Part shown: positions 1-12,885 of the stretch, piece by piece
How the letters are laid out: every line of letters starts with the position of its first letter
Position numbering within the stretch: the stretch's first letter is position 1
Source of the DNA: Felis catus
Taxonomy: Eukaryota
Assembly: GCF_018350175.1 (NCBI RefSeq)
Contig: NC_058368.1
Coordinates: 7,502,001 to 7,566,000, forward strand
Direction of reading: 5' to 3'
DNA length: 64,000 nt
Notes under the pieces: model-generated
Databases searched by the model: none
Seen by the model: the letters and a program-made list of their open reading frames with translations, nothing else
Told to the model about the DNA's origin: nothing
Made by a program: the position numbers and the translations under genes

Positions 1-50
1 ACAGGCCGTGTGCTTGTTTAGCTTAAGCGGATACTGCCAGTGGGTTTTTC

Positions 51-278
51 TTTTTTTTTTTTAATTTTTTTTTTCAACGCTTATTTTATTTTTGGGACAG
101 AGAGAGACAGAGCATGAACGGGGGAGGGGCAGAGAGAGAGGGAGACACAGAATCGGAAACAGGCTCCAGGCTCTGAGCCATCAGCCCAGAGCCCGACGCG
201 GGGCTCGAACTCACGGACCGCGAGATCGTGACCTGGCTGAAGTCGGACGCTTAACCGACTGCGCCACCCAGGCGCCCC
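51..278 (-). mobile_element. CAN-SINE (felid, young)
   Basis: Full head to polyA; perfect 16-bp TSD TGCCAGTGGGTTTTTC (35-50, 279-294); CpGs intact. Confidence 0.95.
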
Positions 279-721
279 TGCCAGTGGGTTTTTCAAAGCG
301 GTTCTATGCATTTATATTTCCATCTCAACAAAATTCAGTCCAATGTGCATTCCTCATTGTGCCTTTCCGACAGGTATATGTTGGTATAGGGTTGCGGTTT
401 GCATTTGTGTTTCTTGGAAGATTATTAATGTGGAACAGAACATCTTTCCACAAGCTTATTGGCTATCTGAATATCCTTTCTTGTTCAAAGGTTTTGTCCT
501 AATTGCTGGATTCTGGGAGAACGTTGCTTTGTTTTTTATTTGCCTAATTTTTTGACAACATGAGTGAAAATTAGTGTCCATTTTATATAAGTCTGGTTCA
601 TACTCACGTTCATGGTCAATTTTCTGAGAAACTAATAACTATGACAGACAGTATTTTTGAGTGTTACTCTGTATTATCTGATTGCACAGAGACCCAGAGA
701 TAAGATATTCTTCTCATCCCT

Positions 722-931
722 GGGGCACCTGGGTGGCTCAGTCGGTTGGACGCCCGACTTCGGCTCAGGTCATGATCTCGCGGTCTGTGAGTTTGAGCCT
801 CATGTCGGGCTCTGTGCTGACAGTCAGCTCGGAGCCTGGAGCCTGCTTCGGATTCTGTGTCTCCCTCTCTCTGCCCCTCTCCCGCTTGTGCTCTGTCTCT
901 CAAAAATAAATAAACATTAAAAAAATTTTTT
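722..931 (+). mobile_element. CAN-SINE
   Basis: GGGGCACCTGGGTGGCTCAGTCGG head, CT-rich body, A tail. Confidence 0.92.
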
Positions 932-932
932 A

Positions 933-1131
933 GGGGCGCCTGGGTGGCTCAGTCAGTTAAGAGTCCGACTTCAGCTCAGGCCATGATCTCACGGTTCGTG
1001 GGTTCAAGCCCCGCATCAGGCTCTGTGCTGACAGCTCAGAGCCTGGAGCCTGCTTCAGATTCTGTGTCTCCCTCTCTCTCTGCTCCTCCCCCACTCACAC
1101 TCTGTCTCTCTCTCTCAAGAATAAATAAACA
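933..1131 (+). mobile_element. CAN-SINE nested in tail of preceding SINE
   Basis: GGGGCGCCTGGGTGGCTCAG head; tail resumes at ~1253-1278 after the L1 fragment. Confidence 0.92.
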
Positions 1132-1252
1132 ATGGGGGATGGGAGGGAGGGGAGGGTGGGTGATGGGTATTGAGGAGGGCACCTTTTGGGATGAGCACTG
1201 GGTGTTGTATGGAAACCAATTTGACAATAAACTTCATATATTGAAAAAAAAG
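1132..1252 (+). mobile_element. 5'-truncated felid L1 3' end (L1_Fc-like)
   Basis: GGGTGATGGGTATTGAGGAGGGCACC...GGATGAGCACTGGGTGTTGTATGGAAACCAATTTGACAATAAA + polyA; flanked by AATAAACA on both sides. Confidence 0.8.
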
Positions 1253-1289
1253 AATAAACATTAAAAAAACTTTTTTAAAAGATATTCTC

Positions 1290-1412
1290 ATCCCTTTTTA
1301 TAGAAGACTAAACTGAGGCACAGAGAGGTTAAGTAACTTACACAAGGTCACACAGCTAAGTATAGGGATTTAAACCCAGACAGCCTCACTCCAGAGCTTG
1401 CGCTATTAATCT
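1290..1412 (-). mobile_element. MIR fragment
   Basis: AAACTGAGGCACAGAGAGGTTAAGTAACTT...AAGGTCACACAGCTA core. Confidence 0.85.
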
Positions 1413-1451
1413 CTGTCCTGGGGGGCTCCCAGGCCCTGCCACCCACAATGC

Positions 1452-1454
<3 letters not shown>

Positions 1455-1492
<38 letters not shown>
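1455..1492. repeat. (CA)n microsatellite
   Basis: Pure AC run, ~19 units. Confidence 0.95.
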
Positions 1493-1494
<2 letters not shown>

Positions 1495-3437
1495 AATTGC
1501 TCACCTCTGTCACCTGGCTGGGATGCTCTACAATTAACCTTGAAGCTTCAGCTTATCTGTTCTCCAGGCCTGACTCCTTCCTGGAATGGGGTTTTGAGGC
1601 GGCATGGGAACTGTGGTCTCCATGTGTCTAATTTCAGGTCCCGTAACTGCCATCCCTGCTCTAGATGGAACTCTGAGACTGCAGACTCCTTCCCGAGGCC
1701 CCTCCCACTCCGCCACCCGCTTCTAATTTATTCCCTGGTGCCACCCACGATCCCTGCTGTTCCCTCCGCTGAACCCCATTTAACCAAAATAAAAACTATT
1801 TGTCACTAACATGTTTCGTGATCTCCATCAAGAGCCAGCATCTACACAGGAGGAGAACTGAGTGAAAAATGCCAGAAAATATCCCAAGAGGAAATACAGG
1901 CCTCACTGTGCCCCTTTAGCCCCTACCTTTGGGCTAAAACTGCGGTGAAAAAATAATAATCATAAACATTGATGACAACAGACCATCTCCAATAAGTTCA
2001 TAATCGGCTCTAGGCCACTGTTGGAGCAAACAGGCCTCGTGCCTTCGTCCAAAGACCAACAAACTTGGACTCCACTGAGAAAAAAGGGGAAAACGTAGAG
2101 CCAAGAGCTAACCAGAGTCAGCATATACTGCTCCTGTGATCCTAACCGTCCCCTACCCCTGCAGAGCGGGTGCCAGGGCCACGCTGGAGGTAGCCCTTAA
2201 GGGCTGGGCTTCTTGCCACATCCTGGAGGACACTGAAGGCGCCTCGCCCTGCACACCCAACGGAAAAGTAAGCCCCGCCAATTTCACCTCACCTTCTCCA
2301 CTGCTTCTTCCCTAGTTCACGCCTCTGAACCGTTACAACGGCTGCACCACCTCCAAGCGGTGTCCCCAGTCACTTCTGTCCCTCCTGCTGCACCCCCCAG
2401 CCTCTGCTTCCCCCGCTGTTACCGGAGCACAAAATCTCAGAGGCAAACGCGACCCTGCCACTTCCTTGACTCCCTGTCAGCGACGAGAGGAGCCCATCAT
2501 GGAAGGGACAGAGGCCCCTGTGCCAGCCCCCCAGCCCCCAGGCTGCCTACTACAGCTCACAGAAGCCTCCCAGCCTGTCGTGCACCCCCGTGCCCACTAG
2601 CTCCCCTCCCGCCCCTTCTCCCCATCTTTGTCTTGCCAAATCACAGACTTTCCTTTTGGCTCTTATAGAAGCTTCTCTACGCTCCTCCAGGCTGGGCTGA
2701 GCAACCCCCTGGCTCCCAGCCCCTGTGCCTGTCTACACGGAGCACACTTGATGATGCCCAAGACCCTCGGTCTACTCCCCCACTGTCATGCCAACTCCCC
2801 ACAAGTCCAAACGGTGCCCCGTTACTCACCTGCAGCTCCTCGGAGGCCAGCCCGGTGTTGGTCCTCCTCACTGTAGGAAGCTTCTTCAACCGTTAGGCCC
2901 CCTGAGAGCGTCAGCTCCTATAGTCAGCCAGCCATGAGGAGTCAGGTCAGAAAATGCATCCAACCACTCATTTTTCAGATAAGAGAACGGACACGACACG
3001 CCAAGATTTTGATGAATGGTAGGGAGTAAGATGCTGCTCACCTACACGAATGTGATTGGGGCCAACTGTAGGACAAGGCTGCTGATCTCCCCCTCGAGAG
3101 GCGCAGGTTTTACAACAGGGACAAAGCAAGCCTTAATGCTATTTCTCGCTCTTTCCCACACCCAATGGGAAAGGGAAGCCCTGGAATCCGAGCCAGAGAA
3201 GGGGGTGAGGAGTGATTCCTTCTCCTCCCTGCCACACTTCCACAACTGCTGGCCCCAGAGAAGAGGCGGGTGCTTGCTGGTGAGGCACGGGCTTTCTCTG
3301 GTCAAGTCAGAGAAGGCACAGGCCCTGTGAGCCCAAGCAGAAGCATCCACGCGGACTAAGCTTGCCTGTCGCCTCAGACCATCCTGGTTAAAGGCCTGGC
3401 TGGTGTGGATTGGCCATTATTTTAAAAAGTCAGGAAA

Positions 3438-3654
3438 GGGGCGCCTGGGTGGCTCAGTCGGTTAAGCGGCCGACTTCAACTCAGGTCATGATCTCGCGGT
3501 TCGTGAGTTCGAGCCCCGCGTCAGGCTCTGTGCTGACAGCTCGGAGCCTGGAGCCTGTTTCGGATTCTGTGTCTCCCTCTCTCTGACCCTCCCCTGCTCA
3601 TGCTCTGTCTCTCTCTGTCTCAAAAATAAATAAACATAAAAAAAAAAAATAATG
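3438..3654 (+). mobile_element. CAN-SINE
   Basis: Full length, TSD AAAAGTCAGGAAA. Confidence 0.93.
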
Positions 3655-4164
3655 AAAAGTCAGGAAAGCCGGGGCCTCGCAGCTGAAACACAGTGGGGAC
3701 AGCGAGACGTTCAGGGACTGAGTCCTTCAAAGCATATTGCTCAAAGCCAGCCATCCGCTTACACACATTTCAAACACAGCACCGGGGTCCACACTCAAAC
3801 TGCCGCATTGCAGCCAAGCTATCAGCATTATAGGAGGCCAACAGCCTTCCGCTAATTCAGAAGAGTGTCGGAGACCCAAGGGAAGTCTCATTACAAAATG
3901 ATTGCTGCCTGGAAGGGTCCAGGACCTGTCTAGGAAAGGATCCCTCACCCCAGGACTCCAGCTTTCACACTCCATCTCCTGTCGACCCCTCTGTGTCCTT
4001 TTGGGGTGCCGGCAACAGCCCCAGACCAGGCACTGGATTCTTCCCTGACTCTTATTAGCTTAGTGACCACAGGCAACCCCCTTACCCTGAGTCAGCCTCA
4101 GCCCTGCCCAGCCACCAGAGTGAAATCCACAGGGCTTGCCTGTCATCAGGGGAGCTGCTAATAA

Positions 4165-4510
4165 GTGTACGTGCATCCACGGAATGCTACGCAGTCATTT
4201 TTTAAAAAGTACTAATAAGGAATGATCGCCACAATGCATTGCTAAGTGAAACCGGCAAGGTACAGAACCACACTATGTGTATCATACGGGTCGCGTGAAA
4301 AGGAGGAAAAGAATATTTGTATGCGCGCTCGTATCATCTCTGAAGGACTTTCCAAGAAACTGATAGCACTGGCTATCTCCTAGACGGGGATCTACATGCA
4401 CAGGGAACAGAGCAGGGAGAAAACTCTTGCTCAGTCTCTACACTTTCGAATTGCAACCGATGAGCATACCATCTATTCCCTATATGGTTTTAAAGTTAAA
4501 AAAAAAAAAT
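4165..4510 (+). mobile_element. Old L1 3' UTR fragment (L1M-type)
   Basis: GGAATGCTACGCAG...GCTAAGTGAAA motifs ending in A-rich tail. Confidence 0.5.
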
Positions 4511-5679
4511 CCAATAACATCAGTAGGAGGCAACGAATGGCAGGATGGGGGTAGGTGAGAAGAGAGGGAGAGGTGCAAGTCGACAATAACTCTGGGATCA
4601 CTAGTCTGGGCGACCAGACTAGCTAACATATGGATGCCAGGAAGAATAGGAAGGTTTGGGGGAGGAAAACAAATTCAAACTTGGACTGCCCGGCCGGAAG
4701 CGCAGGAAATATCCAAACGGAGGTGTTTAGAGCAGGAACTTGAAGACACGGCAAGAGAGCTCAAGAGACAAGGTAGTGTTAGCAATGTAGACGTGGGGTC
4801 ACCTTTTCAGAAGGGATGTTGAAAGCCACGATAACAGACCACAAGCTGGTCTTCCTGTTGAAAGGGGCAGAAACCTGACGCAGCCTGCCTTTAAAAATAA
4901 AAGAGGGAGGGAATCTATTACGATAAATTACTGTGAAATCCAAGGCATGAAAGGGGCTGAATCTAAGGATCCAAAAACATCCTGAGGATTCTGAAGGGGG
5001 AAAAAAGGTCCAATTGTGTAAGTTCAAGGAAGAAAAAAAGAGGTTGTCATTTAGCCTTAGTTCCAAGCCATGAATAAGCGACCACACGGAAAATGTAAAA
5101 GCCATCCCTACCGTCCGGCGAGAGTCTCCCCTCAGCACCGCACCCCACTTCTGGAAGTCAGGAATAATGCACTGCACAAGTCAGCAAACCCCTAAAACCC
5201 AAGCTTCTCACAACGGTCTATGAGAACAGTGCCTGCCTGGTTCAGAGACAGTGCAACCCCATTGTCCTTGATGGAGCAAGTCATAGATTCAGTGCATGTA
5301 CAGAAAGAGAACGATGTGTTCTCTTCCTATAATACTTCCACTTCTCCTGGCCCACCTTTCAGCTCAGCTCGCCTCTGTTTGTCTTGATCCCCAGACGGGC
5401 TCCTGCTACCTGTCAACAAGTTGTCCCCTGGCAGCTCCAGGCTTCCATAGTCCTTAGAGCTCTTGTCCCAGAAACCCCAATAACGCGAGGAAGAGACACA
5501 GGGAGGAATCTGTTTAGCTGAGCTCAAATCACGTGCCCAACACTTAACCAACCAGAGTGGAGAAGGGGATAGAGCGCTCCGCTTGGCCAAACCCAGGCCA
5601 CATGCTGTGGCGGCTATTCTCCATTTGCTGTCCCCCAGATCAGCTCTCCGTCCTCGCTGTCCTGTGCAGCGTGGCAGAG

Positions 5680-5830
5680 GCTGACGGCAATGACTGCATC
5701 AGCCAGATGTCCTTGCCAGCTGGCTTCCAGTAGGAAGCACCGGGAGGCACTCGGAGGGCAGGAGGAGAGAAAGGGTAGGGTATTTCTTCCTTGCTCCCTC
5801 CTTGCTCCGGGTGGCCGACTGTCAGCTGAT
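5680..5830. mobile_element. Degenerate ERVL LTR fragment (LTR16/LTR33-like)
   Basis: CTGGCTTCCAGTAGG...GGGAGGCACT...GAGGGCAGGAGGAGAGA...GGGTATTTCTTCC resembles recalled consensus. Confidence 0.4.
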
Positions 5831-6429
5831 GCATCGCTCTATAGCTGCTGCTGAGTGGCTGGTTCTACAAAACGAGAGCTCTCGCTGGGTGCTGGTAACG
5901 ACAATTCTTCCTCTTTCCCCTTCAGACCTAGGGACGAGAACGGCTTCTTGCTGTTGGTTCTCTTAGCCCTGCCAGCACCTCTACAAAGCAGCCCTTCTTC
6001 AAGATCGCCTCAGTTGATCTTTGGGGGTGGAATTCTGTTTCTATCCGAGACTGCGAGTGACACGGGTGTCCAGCCCTGGGGGGGAAGGGCCTCGTCTTCC
6101 CCTCGAAGAAAGGAGTGATGAGCTGACACAGACACGCCTCCGCTGCTGACAGAAGCCATCTGAGTGGCCAGAGACCCCAGCTGAGGACGAAGCCTGCGTC
6201 TAAGGGGCGAGAGAAAGGAGACAGTCTTACGGGGAAGGAGTGGGATGCAAAGGAGTTATGAGAACAATTAGGAGACAACTGTGGAGACACCCCGACGGAG
6301 GGAAATAAACTTCAAGAAAGTCGCGAGTGCCATAGTTCAGGGGGACGCAAAGTATGAGGAGGTTGCTGGGTTACTGATTAGAAAAGGGCTGCCGACGTTT
6401 GAACAAAGTCTCAGTAGAATGGTGTGGCG

Positions 6430-7620
6430 ATTTGTCAAACATGCCCCCTCCCATTTTTTTTTTTTTACATTCTTGCCCCGAGAGGGGGTACCAATGCCCC
6501 TTCCCTTTGAACCTGGGCTGGTTTATGCCTGCTCTGACGAACAGAGTAGAACAGAAGAGACACCGAGCGGCTTCTGAGACCAGGTCAGGAAATGCCGTGC
6601 AAATTGAGATCGGTCTCCTCGGGGTGCTCACTTTGGGTGAAACCAGACCCCATGCTGATGTTGCTGCGCCGCAGGGCCAAGAGCAAGTGTCCCAGGTGAC
6701 AGGCAAGGTGAACCTCCCCCTGACGGCCAGCGCCCATCACCAGCTGCGTGAGTGAGTCCCCATGACATCCAGCCCCGTTCCAGCCTTTAGACGATGGTGG
6801 CCCCAGCAGGTATCTGACTGAAGCTACGTTCGAAACCCCAAGCAAGAGCTGCCCCCCCCCCCAGCCCTACCCCAAGGTCACACTCCACGGAATCATGTAG
6901 GGAGTTAAACGGTCGGTGCTTAAGTTGCTAGGTTTGGGGGGTAGATTGTCACAAGGCAATAGCGACGAACGGATTTTGGCACTGGAAGTGCAGTACTTGA
7001 GACAGGTGGTGTTGGCTTTGGGACCGGAGCCAAGTGAGATGCCAAGTGAGATGCGGAGGACTTGAGGAGACCTGGTGGGAGTCCGACGGACCTCAAAGAG
7101 GTTGGCTCATCCTCAAAGAGGATGACTTAAAAGGAAAATGAGGGAAATGTTATCGGAAACAACAGGAAAGTGGAACCTTGTAATAAAACGGCAGAAGGGT
7201 AAGCAAAATTTCACCTGTAGGGACGCGGAAAATCAAAAACATCGGATAAACTGATGAATCTGGCTAAGGAGATTTCCAGGCAGAAGGTCAAAGGTGACAG
7301 ACAAGTGGTTTATTTTAACCGTGTGTCATAAGGTCAGGACAGAGAAAGGTGACCTAAAAGAGAAAAGAGGAATCATTCCCTTTTTAAGCAGAATTTATAG
7401 AAAATACAAAAGAACCAGAACTTGCTGGTTCGAAAATAAAACGAATTCTCATCTCCATATCTCCTACCAGAAGATTCTCCAAGTAAGAAAGGACCTCACA
7501 GAAAATATCAAACCCAGGGCACTGACAGGAAAACATCTCTGGGTAAAAATGAGACAGAGTGTGTAACTAGAGCACGCTTTGTTAAGACCTCAGAAAGTTT
7601 TTGAACAGCTGCATAGACCC
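6430..7620 (+). mobile_element. MaLR MLT1-type LTR (~6430-6965) followed by MLT internal sequence
   Basis: CCTTTGAACCTGGGCTGG...TTAAGTTGCTAGGTTTGGGG...GCAATAG LTR end, then GATTTTGGCAC and GCTAAGGAGATTTCCAGGCAG internal-type motifs. Confidence 0.65.
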
Positions 7621-7640
7621 TTTAAAACATACAATCTATT

Positions 7641-7859
7641 TTTTTTTATTTTTTTTTTAACGTTTATTTATTTTTGAGACAGAGAGAGACAGAGCATGAA
7701 CGGGGGAGGGGCAGAGAGAGAGGGAGACAGAATAGGAAGCAGGCTCCAGGCTCTGAGCCATCAGCCCAGAGCCCGACGCGGGGCTCGAACTCACGGACTG
7801 CGAGATCGTGACCCAGGCTGAAGTCAGACGCTTAACTGACTGAGCCACCCAGGAGCCCC
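7641..7859 (-). mobile_element. CAN-SINE
   Basis: Full length; 18-bp TSD TAAAACATACAATCTATT. Confidence 0.94.
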
Positions 7860-7930
7860 TAAAACATACAATCTATTAAGGGTCATAAGGTTTTGCCTGG
7901 ATGACCCTCTTGTTTAAACAATAGAGCTTT

Positions 7931-8150
7931 GGGGTGCCTGGGTGGTTTAGTCAGTTAGGCATCTGACTTTAGCTCGGGTCATGATCTCACGGTTCATGAG
8001 TTCAAACCCCACACCGGGCTCTGTGCTGACAGCTCAGAGCCTGGAGCCTGCTTCGGATTCTGTGTCTCCCTCTCTCTCTGCCCTCCCCCCGCTAAACACT
8101 CTAACAGTCTCTCTCTCTCAAAAATAAGTTAACATTAAAAAAAAAAAAAG
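7931..8150 (+). mobile_element. CAN-SINE
   Basis: Full length; TSD ACAATAGAGCTTT. Confidence 0.92.
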
Positions 8151-8241
8151 ACAATAGAGCTTTTAAGAATCCTAGGGGTACTATTTCCCTTACAAACCTT
8201 GCAATAGCCCATAGATAAGGTAGGACTTGTCTATGCAGGGA

Positions 8242-8415
8242 GGGGTCTCCCAGCCAGTCACTAAAGCCACTGTTGCTTAAAACAATACCAATAAATACTT
8301 TGTCTTCATGAATCTGTAATTTGAAAGTGGGGTCTCCCAGCCAGTCACTAAAGCCACTGTTGCTTAAAACAATACCAATAAATACTTTGTCTTCATGAAT
8401 CTGTAATTTGAAAGT
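8242..8415. repeat. Perfect 87-bp tandem duplication (2 copies)
   Basis: 8242-8328 identical to 8329-8415. Confidence 0.95.
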
Positions 8416-8590
8416 GTTCATTGGGGACGTCTGGGGGTGTCGGCTGAAGTGGCTTATCTGGGGCTAAAGGACCCACTTCCAAAAAGGCTCATTTACAAGG
8501 CTGGCAAATCATCCCTAATTGTTAGGTCCTTTCCACGTGAGCCTCTTGTTGGAGTAGCTTCCTCACAGCATGGTGGCTGGGTTCTGAAAT
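8270..8590 (-). mobile_element. MLT1-type MaLR LTR fragment
   Basis: GCTTAAAACAA...CCACTTCCAA...GGCTGGCAA...CCTCACAGCATGGTGGCTGGGTTC motifs. Confidence 0.6.
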
Positions 8591-9023
8591 CAACTACCCT
8601 AAGAAATAAGAGTGAAAAGGAAACGAAAATCTTTTTATCCCAAGTGGGTCTGAGCAATAAAAATCAAAATGCGTGACGAAATCAAACACCAAGAAAGCTG
8701 CCAAGAGTTTAAGTTTCAAGGTAAAGATGGAGGCTGGGACATAACCACCAACGTTTCCTTCCTTCCAAAGGTCACCAAAATAATATTTTAAGAACCAATA
8801 AATCCAAAAGGATGAAGAGAATGAGAGAAGGAGCAAAATTTCAGAATATTTAAAGCCGAGAAATGAATGATAAAGAACTCAGAGACTTCGAAAATAAAAC
8901 TGAGTCCTGAACCAACAGTGGGGATACGCCAAAACCAACATGATTTATACTACACATTTCAAAAGATCTCAGGAATCGACTGCGTCAGTTACCTGGGGAA
9001 GTGGGAGTGAACGCGGCAGAGTC

Positions 9024-9243
9024 TTTTAAATTGTTTTTCATGTTTATTCACTTTTGAAAGACAGAGAGAGACAGAGCACAAGCAGGGTTGGGGAGAGAGA
9101 GAGAGGGAGACACAGAATCCGAAGCAGGCTCCAGGCTCTGAGCTGTCAGCACAGAGCCCGACGCGGGGCTCGAACTCAGGAACCGTGATATCGTGACCTG
9201 AGCTGAAGTTGGACCTCAACCGACTGAGCCACCCAGGCGCCCC
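9024..9243 (-). mobile_element. CAN-SINE
   Basis: Reverse-complement head ending CCAGGCGCCCC. Confidence 0.92.
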
Positions 9244-9789
9244 CAGCGTCTTTTAAGTATAGTGGATTGTTTGAAAGTCTGTTAAAAAAGAAACCAGGCA
9301 CGAAACCCCTCTTCTTCACTCTACAAAGCGATGAGATGGCCTTTTCCACATCTCAGTCAAAAACTTGAGGTTTATTCTCTGGAGAGAATAAAACAGACTG
9401 TCTTGAACTGAAAGACGTCAGGCAAAGTGGAGGGTGGGGCTACTGTATTAAAATATGTAGATTAAATAAGTAAGTGCACACTGGATGCTGAGATCCTGGG
9501 AGGAGATCGGCAGATTCTTCTGTAGAGAATACGCCCAGGGCGGGAGGATACATCTACAGATATTGGCATCAAATATTCTACATATAAATGGAGCGGCCAA
9601 TTACCCCATAGTCAACAATCGTGAACACACCCCACCTAAGTGCTTGTAATTTCCCATTGCTATTAGTTTTATTGCTATTAGCTTTTCATTCTTCAATATG
9701 GGCAGACGACCAAGGATTGCCAGATTACCTGAGGAAATCTCTGAACCTGAAGGATAAAGAACAAAAATTAAAAAAAAAAAAAAAAAGTA

Positions 9790-10700
9790 ATGTAAATCTG
9801 TGCGGCCACTGCGCAACCAGTATGGAAGCTCCTCAAAAAAAAAATTAAAAACCGGGGCACCCGGGTGGCTCAGTCAGTTGAGCATCCAACTCTTGATATC
9901 AGCTCAGGTCATGATTTCACAGTCCTGAGATTGAGCCCCACATCAGGCTCCACACTCAGCATGAAACCTGTTTGGGATTCTCTCTCTCTCCCTCTCTACT
10001 CCTCCCCCCACTCAAAATAAATAAACAAACAAACAAACTGTAAAACAAATTAAAAATAGAATTACCATATGATCCAATAATTCCATTACTGGATATTTAC
10101 CCAAAGAATATGAAAACCCTAATTCAAAAAGATATATGCACCCCTGTGTTTACTGCAGCATTATTTATAATAGCCAAGATATACAAACAGCCCATGTGTC
10201 CATCCATAGATGAATGGACAAAGAAGAGGTGACACACACACACATACACACACACACACAGTGGAATATTACTCAGCCATAAAAAAAATTAGATCTTGCC
10301 ATTTGCGACAACATAGATGGACCTAGAGGGTATTATGCTAAGTGAAATAAGTCAGACAAAGAAAGACAAATAACAAATGATTTCACTTATATGTAGAATC
10401 TAAAAACCAAAACAAGCAAACAAACAAAAAGCAGAAACAGACCCATAAATACAGAGAACAAATTGATGGTTGCCAGAGGGGAGGAGGTAGAGGACTGGGC
10501 AAAACAGGTGAAGAGAAGTAGGAAATATAGGCTTCCACTTATGGAATGACTAAGTCAGAGGGATAAAAGATACAGGGTGGAGAATATAGTCAGCAGTATT
10601 GTAATAGCATTCTACGGTAATAGATGGTGCCGATCTGAAATTAAACCTATACTTAAATATAAACAAACAAATAAATAGGACAAAAGTAAAAAAAAAAAAA
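9790..10700 (+). mobile_element. Carnivore L1 3' portion (ORF2 end + 3' UTR), interrupted by a SINE
   Basis: AGAATTACCATATGATCCA...GCAGCATTATTTATAATAGCCAAGA...ATGCTAAGTGAAATAAGTCAGAC...polyA. Confidence 0.88.
9854..10050 (+). mobile_element. CAN-SINE (older subfamily) within L1
   Basis: GGGGCACCCGGGTGGCTCAG...ACTCTTGAT. Confidence 0.88.
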
Positions 10701-11420
10701 ACGGTAAAAATCAACTTGAGGGAAACAGTTTATGGAAAGAGAGAAATTTTAAAAGCTAACATCTGTAGAGAGACCAGAAAAGATACTGCACCCACAAAAC
10801 AACAACAGAATTCTATTTCCAGTGGAAAATTCTACTGAAAAAATTTTAAATATGACATCAGAAATGAAAATCCCAGAAGAATAAATGGATGTAAAATTGG
10901 GAAAATCTCCCCCCCAAAAATAGAACCACCACAAAAAAACCCACAAAGCTACAGAAATAAGGCAAAAACAAAAAAAATTTTTTTAATTTGAGCACCAGTC
11001 TAGAAGGTACCATATGTTAATAGTGGATTTTCAGGGGCACAGAGGAATGGAGCAGAAATACTCAGCAATGAAATGATTCGAGAAAATTTCCCGTAACTAA
11101 AAGACACGAGTGTCCTGATTGACAATGTTTGCGAATGCCTGGCACAACGGATGAAAACAGATGAAAACAGATCCACGCCAAACAGTACTGAAAAATTTCA
11201 GAACAGTAGAGACAAAAAAAAAAAAGAAGAAGAAGAAGATTTCACAAAGAAAAATATATCAAGCATAAAAGATGAGAAATCAGAACAGCTTTGGATTTTT
11301 CAAATACCGGTAGGAAGCGATGAAGCAATGCTTTCAGATTCTGAAACTTTTCTCCCAACCGAGACACTTATACCCAACCAAATTAGCAACAAAGCATGGA
11401 GGTAGAATAAAGTCATTTCA
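10700..11420 (+). mobile_element. Old L1 ORF1-like / HAL1-like fragment
   Basis: A-rich; GAAAATTTCCCG...GAAAAATTTCAGAAC motifs. Confidence 0.5.
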
Positions 11421-11703
11421 GAATGTTGTGTTGGCCAGCTTCTGCTGCGTAATGAACGACCACGAGTGCTCAGAACCATACATGACATGCATTTTTATTC
11501 TTGGTCGCATGTCTATGAATCGGCAGAGATGACTCGCCTTCAGGCTCTGAGTCTGCAGGTCTCCTGGTGAGGCTCCAATCCATGTGGAAATACTGAATAT
11601 TAATCGAAGCAAAATTGCAATATAACCATATTTGGCAAATAGGAGGTGGAAAGGGTGAATATGTATAGTGGGGAAGGGGATGAAAGAAAGCTAAATCCTT
11701 ACA

Positions 11704-12125
11704 GCATAAGGTTAAGGGCATGAGCTATAGAGCCAAATCACGTCGGTTTGAATCCCAACTCAGTCATTTATGAGACGTAGGGCCTTGGGCGAGTTATTGA
11801 ATCTTTCTGTTCCTCAGTTTCCCCATCTGTAAGACAGTATTAATAATAATCCCTAGGGTGTCTGGGTGGCTCAGTTGGATAGGCCTCTGACTCTTGATTT
11901 CAGCTCAGGTCATGATCTCATGGTCACGAGATCGAGCCCCATGTTGGGCTCAGCATGGAGCATAGAGCCTGCTTGGGATTCACTCTCCCTCTCTGTCCCT
12001 CCCTGGCTCGTTCTCTCTCTCTCTCTAAATAGATAAATAAACTGAGACCATTAAATAAATATATGGGAAGAACCTAGAAAAGTGCCTGGCACAATCTAAG
12101 TGCTATATGAGTGACTGCTATTATG
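11704..12125 (+). mobile_element. MIR interrupted by an older CAN-SINE (11856-12041)
   Basis: TTTGAATCCC...CCTTGGGCGAGTT...CCTCAGTTTCCCCATCTGTAA...AGTGCCTGGCACA. Confidence 0.82.
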
Positions 12126-12885
12126 ACTAATCAGGGTAGAGCACCAATAGAAAATGCGTATGCTAAAAAAATAATGAAGTAGCCATTGAATTATATTGTT
12201 TATGGACACGTAAATCCCAAAATAATTAGCTAGGAGGTGAAAATGGCTGCCTCCGTGGAAATGGGGTGGGGGGGAAGGAAGGACTGGGGACTGCTGTTTC
12301 TCAACAAAATTGAAGCGGTTGATTCCTATGTACATTATCGCTTTGAGAAAGATAAACAATAAAAATAAAGAATGATGAAAAGTGAGAAGATGCTAAGCTG
12401 CGCACGAGGAAAACAATGCTTACATTTCTTTGACGGCAAAAAACCAAAATGGCTCTATGATGTTGGAAGTGGGCAGCACACATCAAAATATTGAGTTCAC
12501 TGAAGCTGTCTATAGAAAGGAAAATGGCTAATTTTTTCCTAACCCAAGAAACAATAATGTGCTTATAATTAGAAAAAAAAAAAAAAACAGTTGAGTTCAG
12601 TAATGTTATAACTGCTGTAATACCAACAGTCCTTCCTACCTTCTATTCATTTGTGGTACATTAATTAATCTGAATATTCATAGGCAAATGCATCTTTTTT
12701 TCTAAATTAAACCACCAAATATTAGAACTTCAAATAAATTCAGGGGCTTAAAGCGAACTTACTCTTTTTGCAATTTCTTCCCTTTTCAATAGTGCCTTTC
12801 TTTTACAATTTTTACTTTCTTGGTAATTTTGATCTCACTAGACAAAATAAACAAATGAATAATTGATCCCTAAAAAACTTGTCTT

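Noticed and set aside
81..502. Recurrent ORFs such as MGQRETEHERGRGRERGRHR... and MAQSVKRPTSAQV... throughout the window
   Set aside because: They are translations of CAN-SINE copies in different frames, not a gene family
8101..8421. 106-aa ORF with an internal 29-aa repeat
   Set aside because: Produced by the 87-bp tandem duplication in an LTR remnant and runs into a SINE tail
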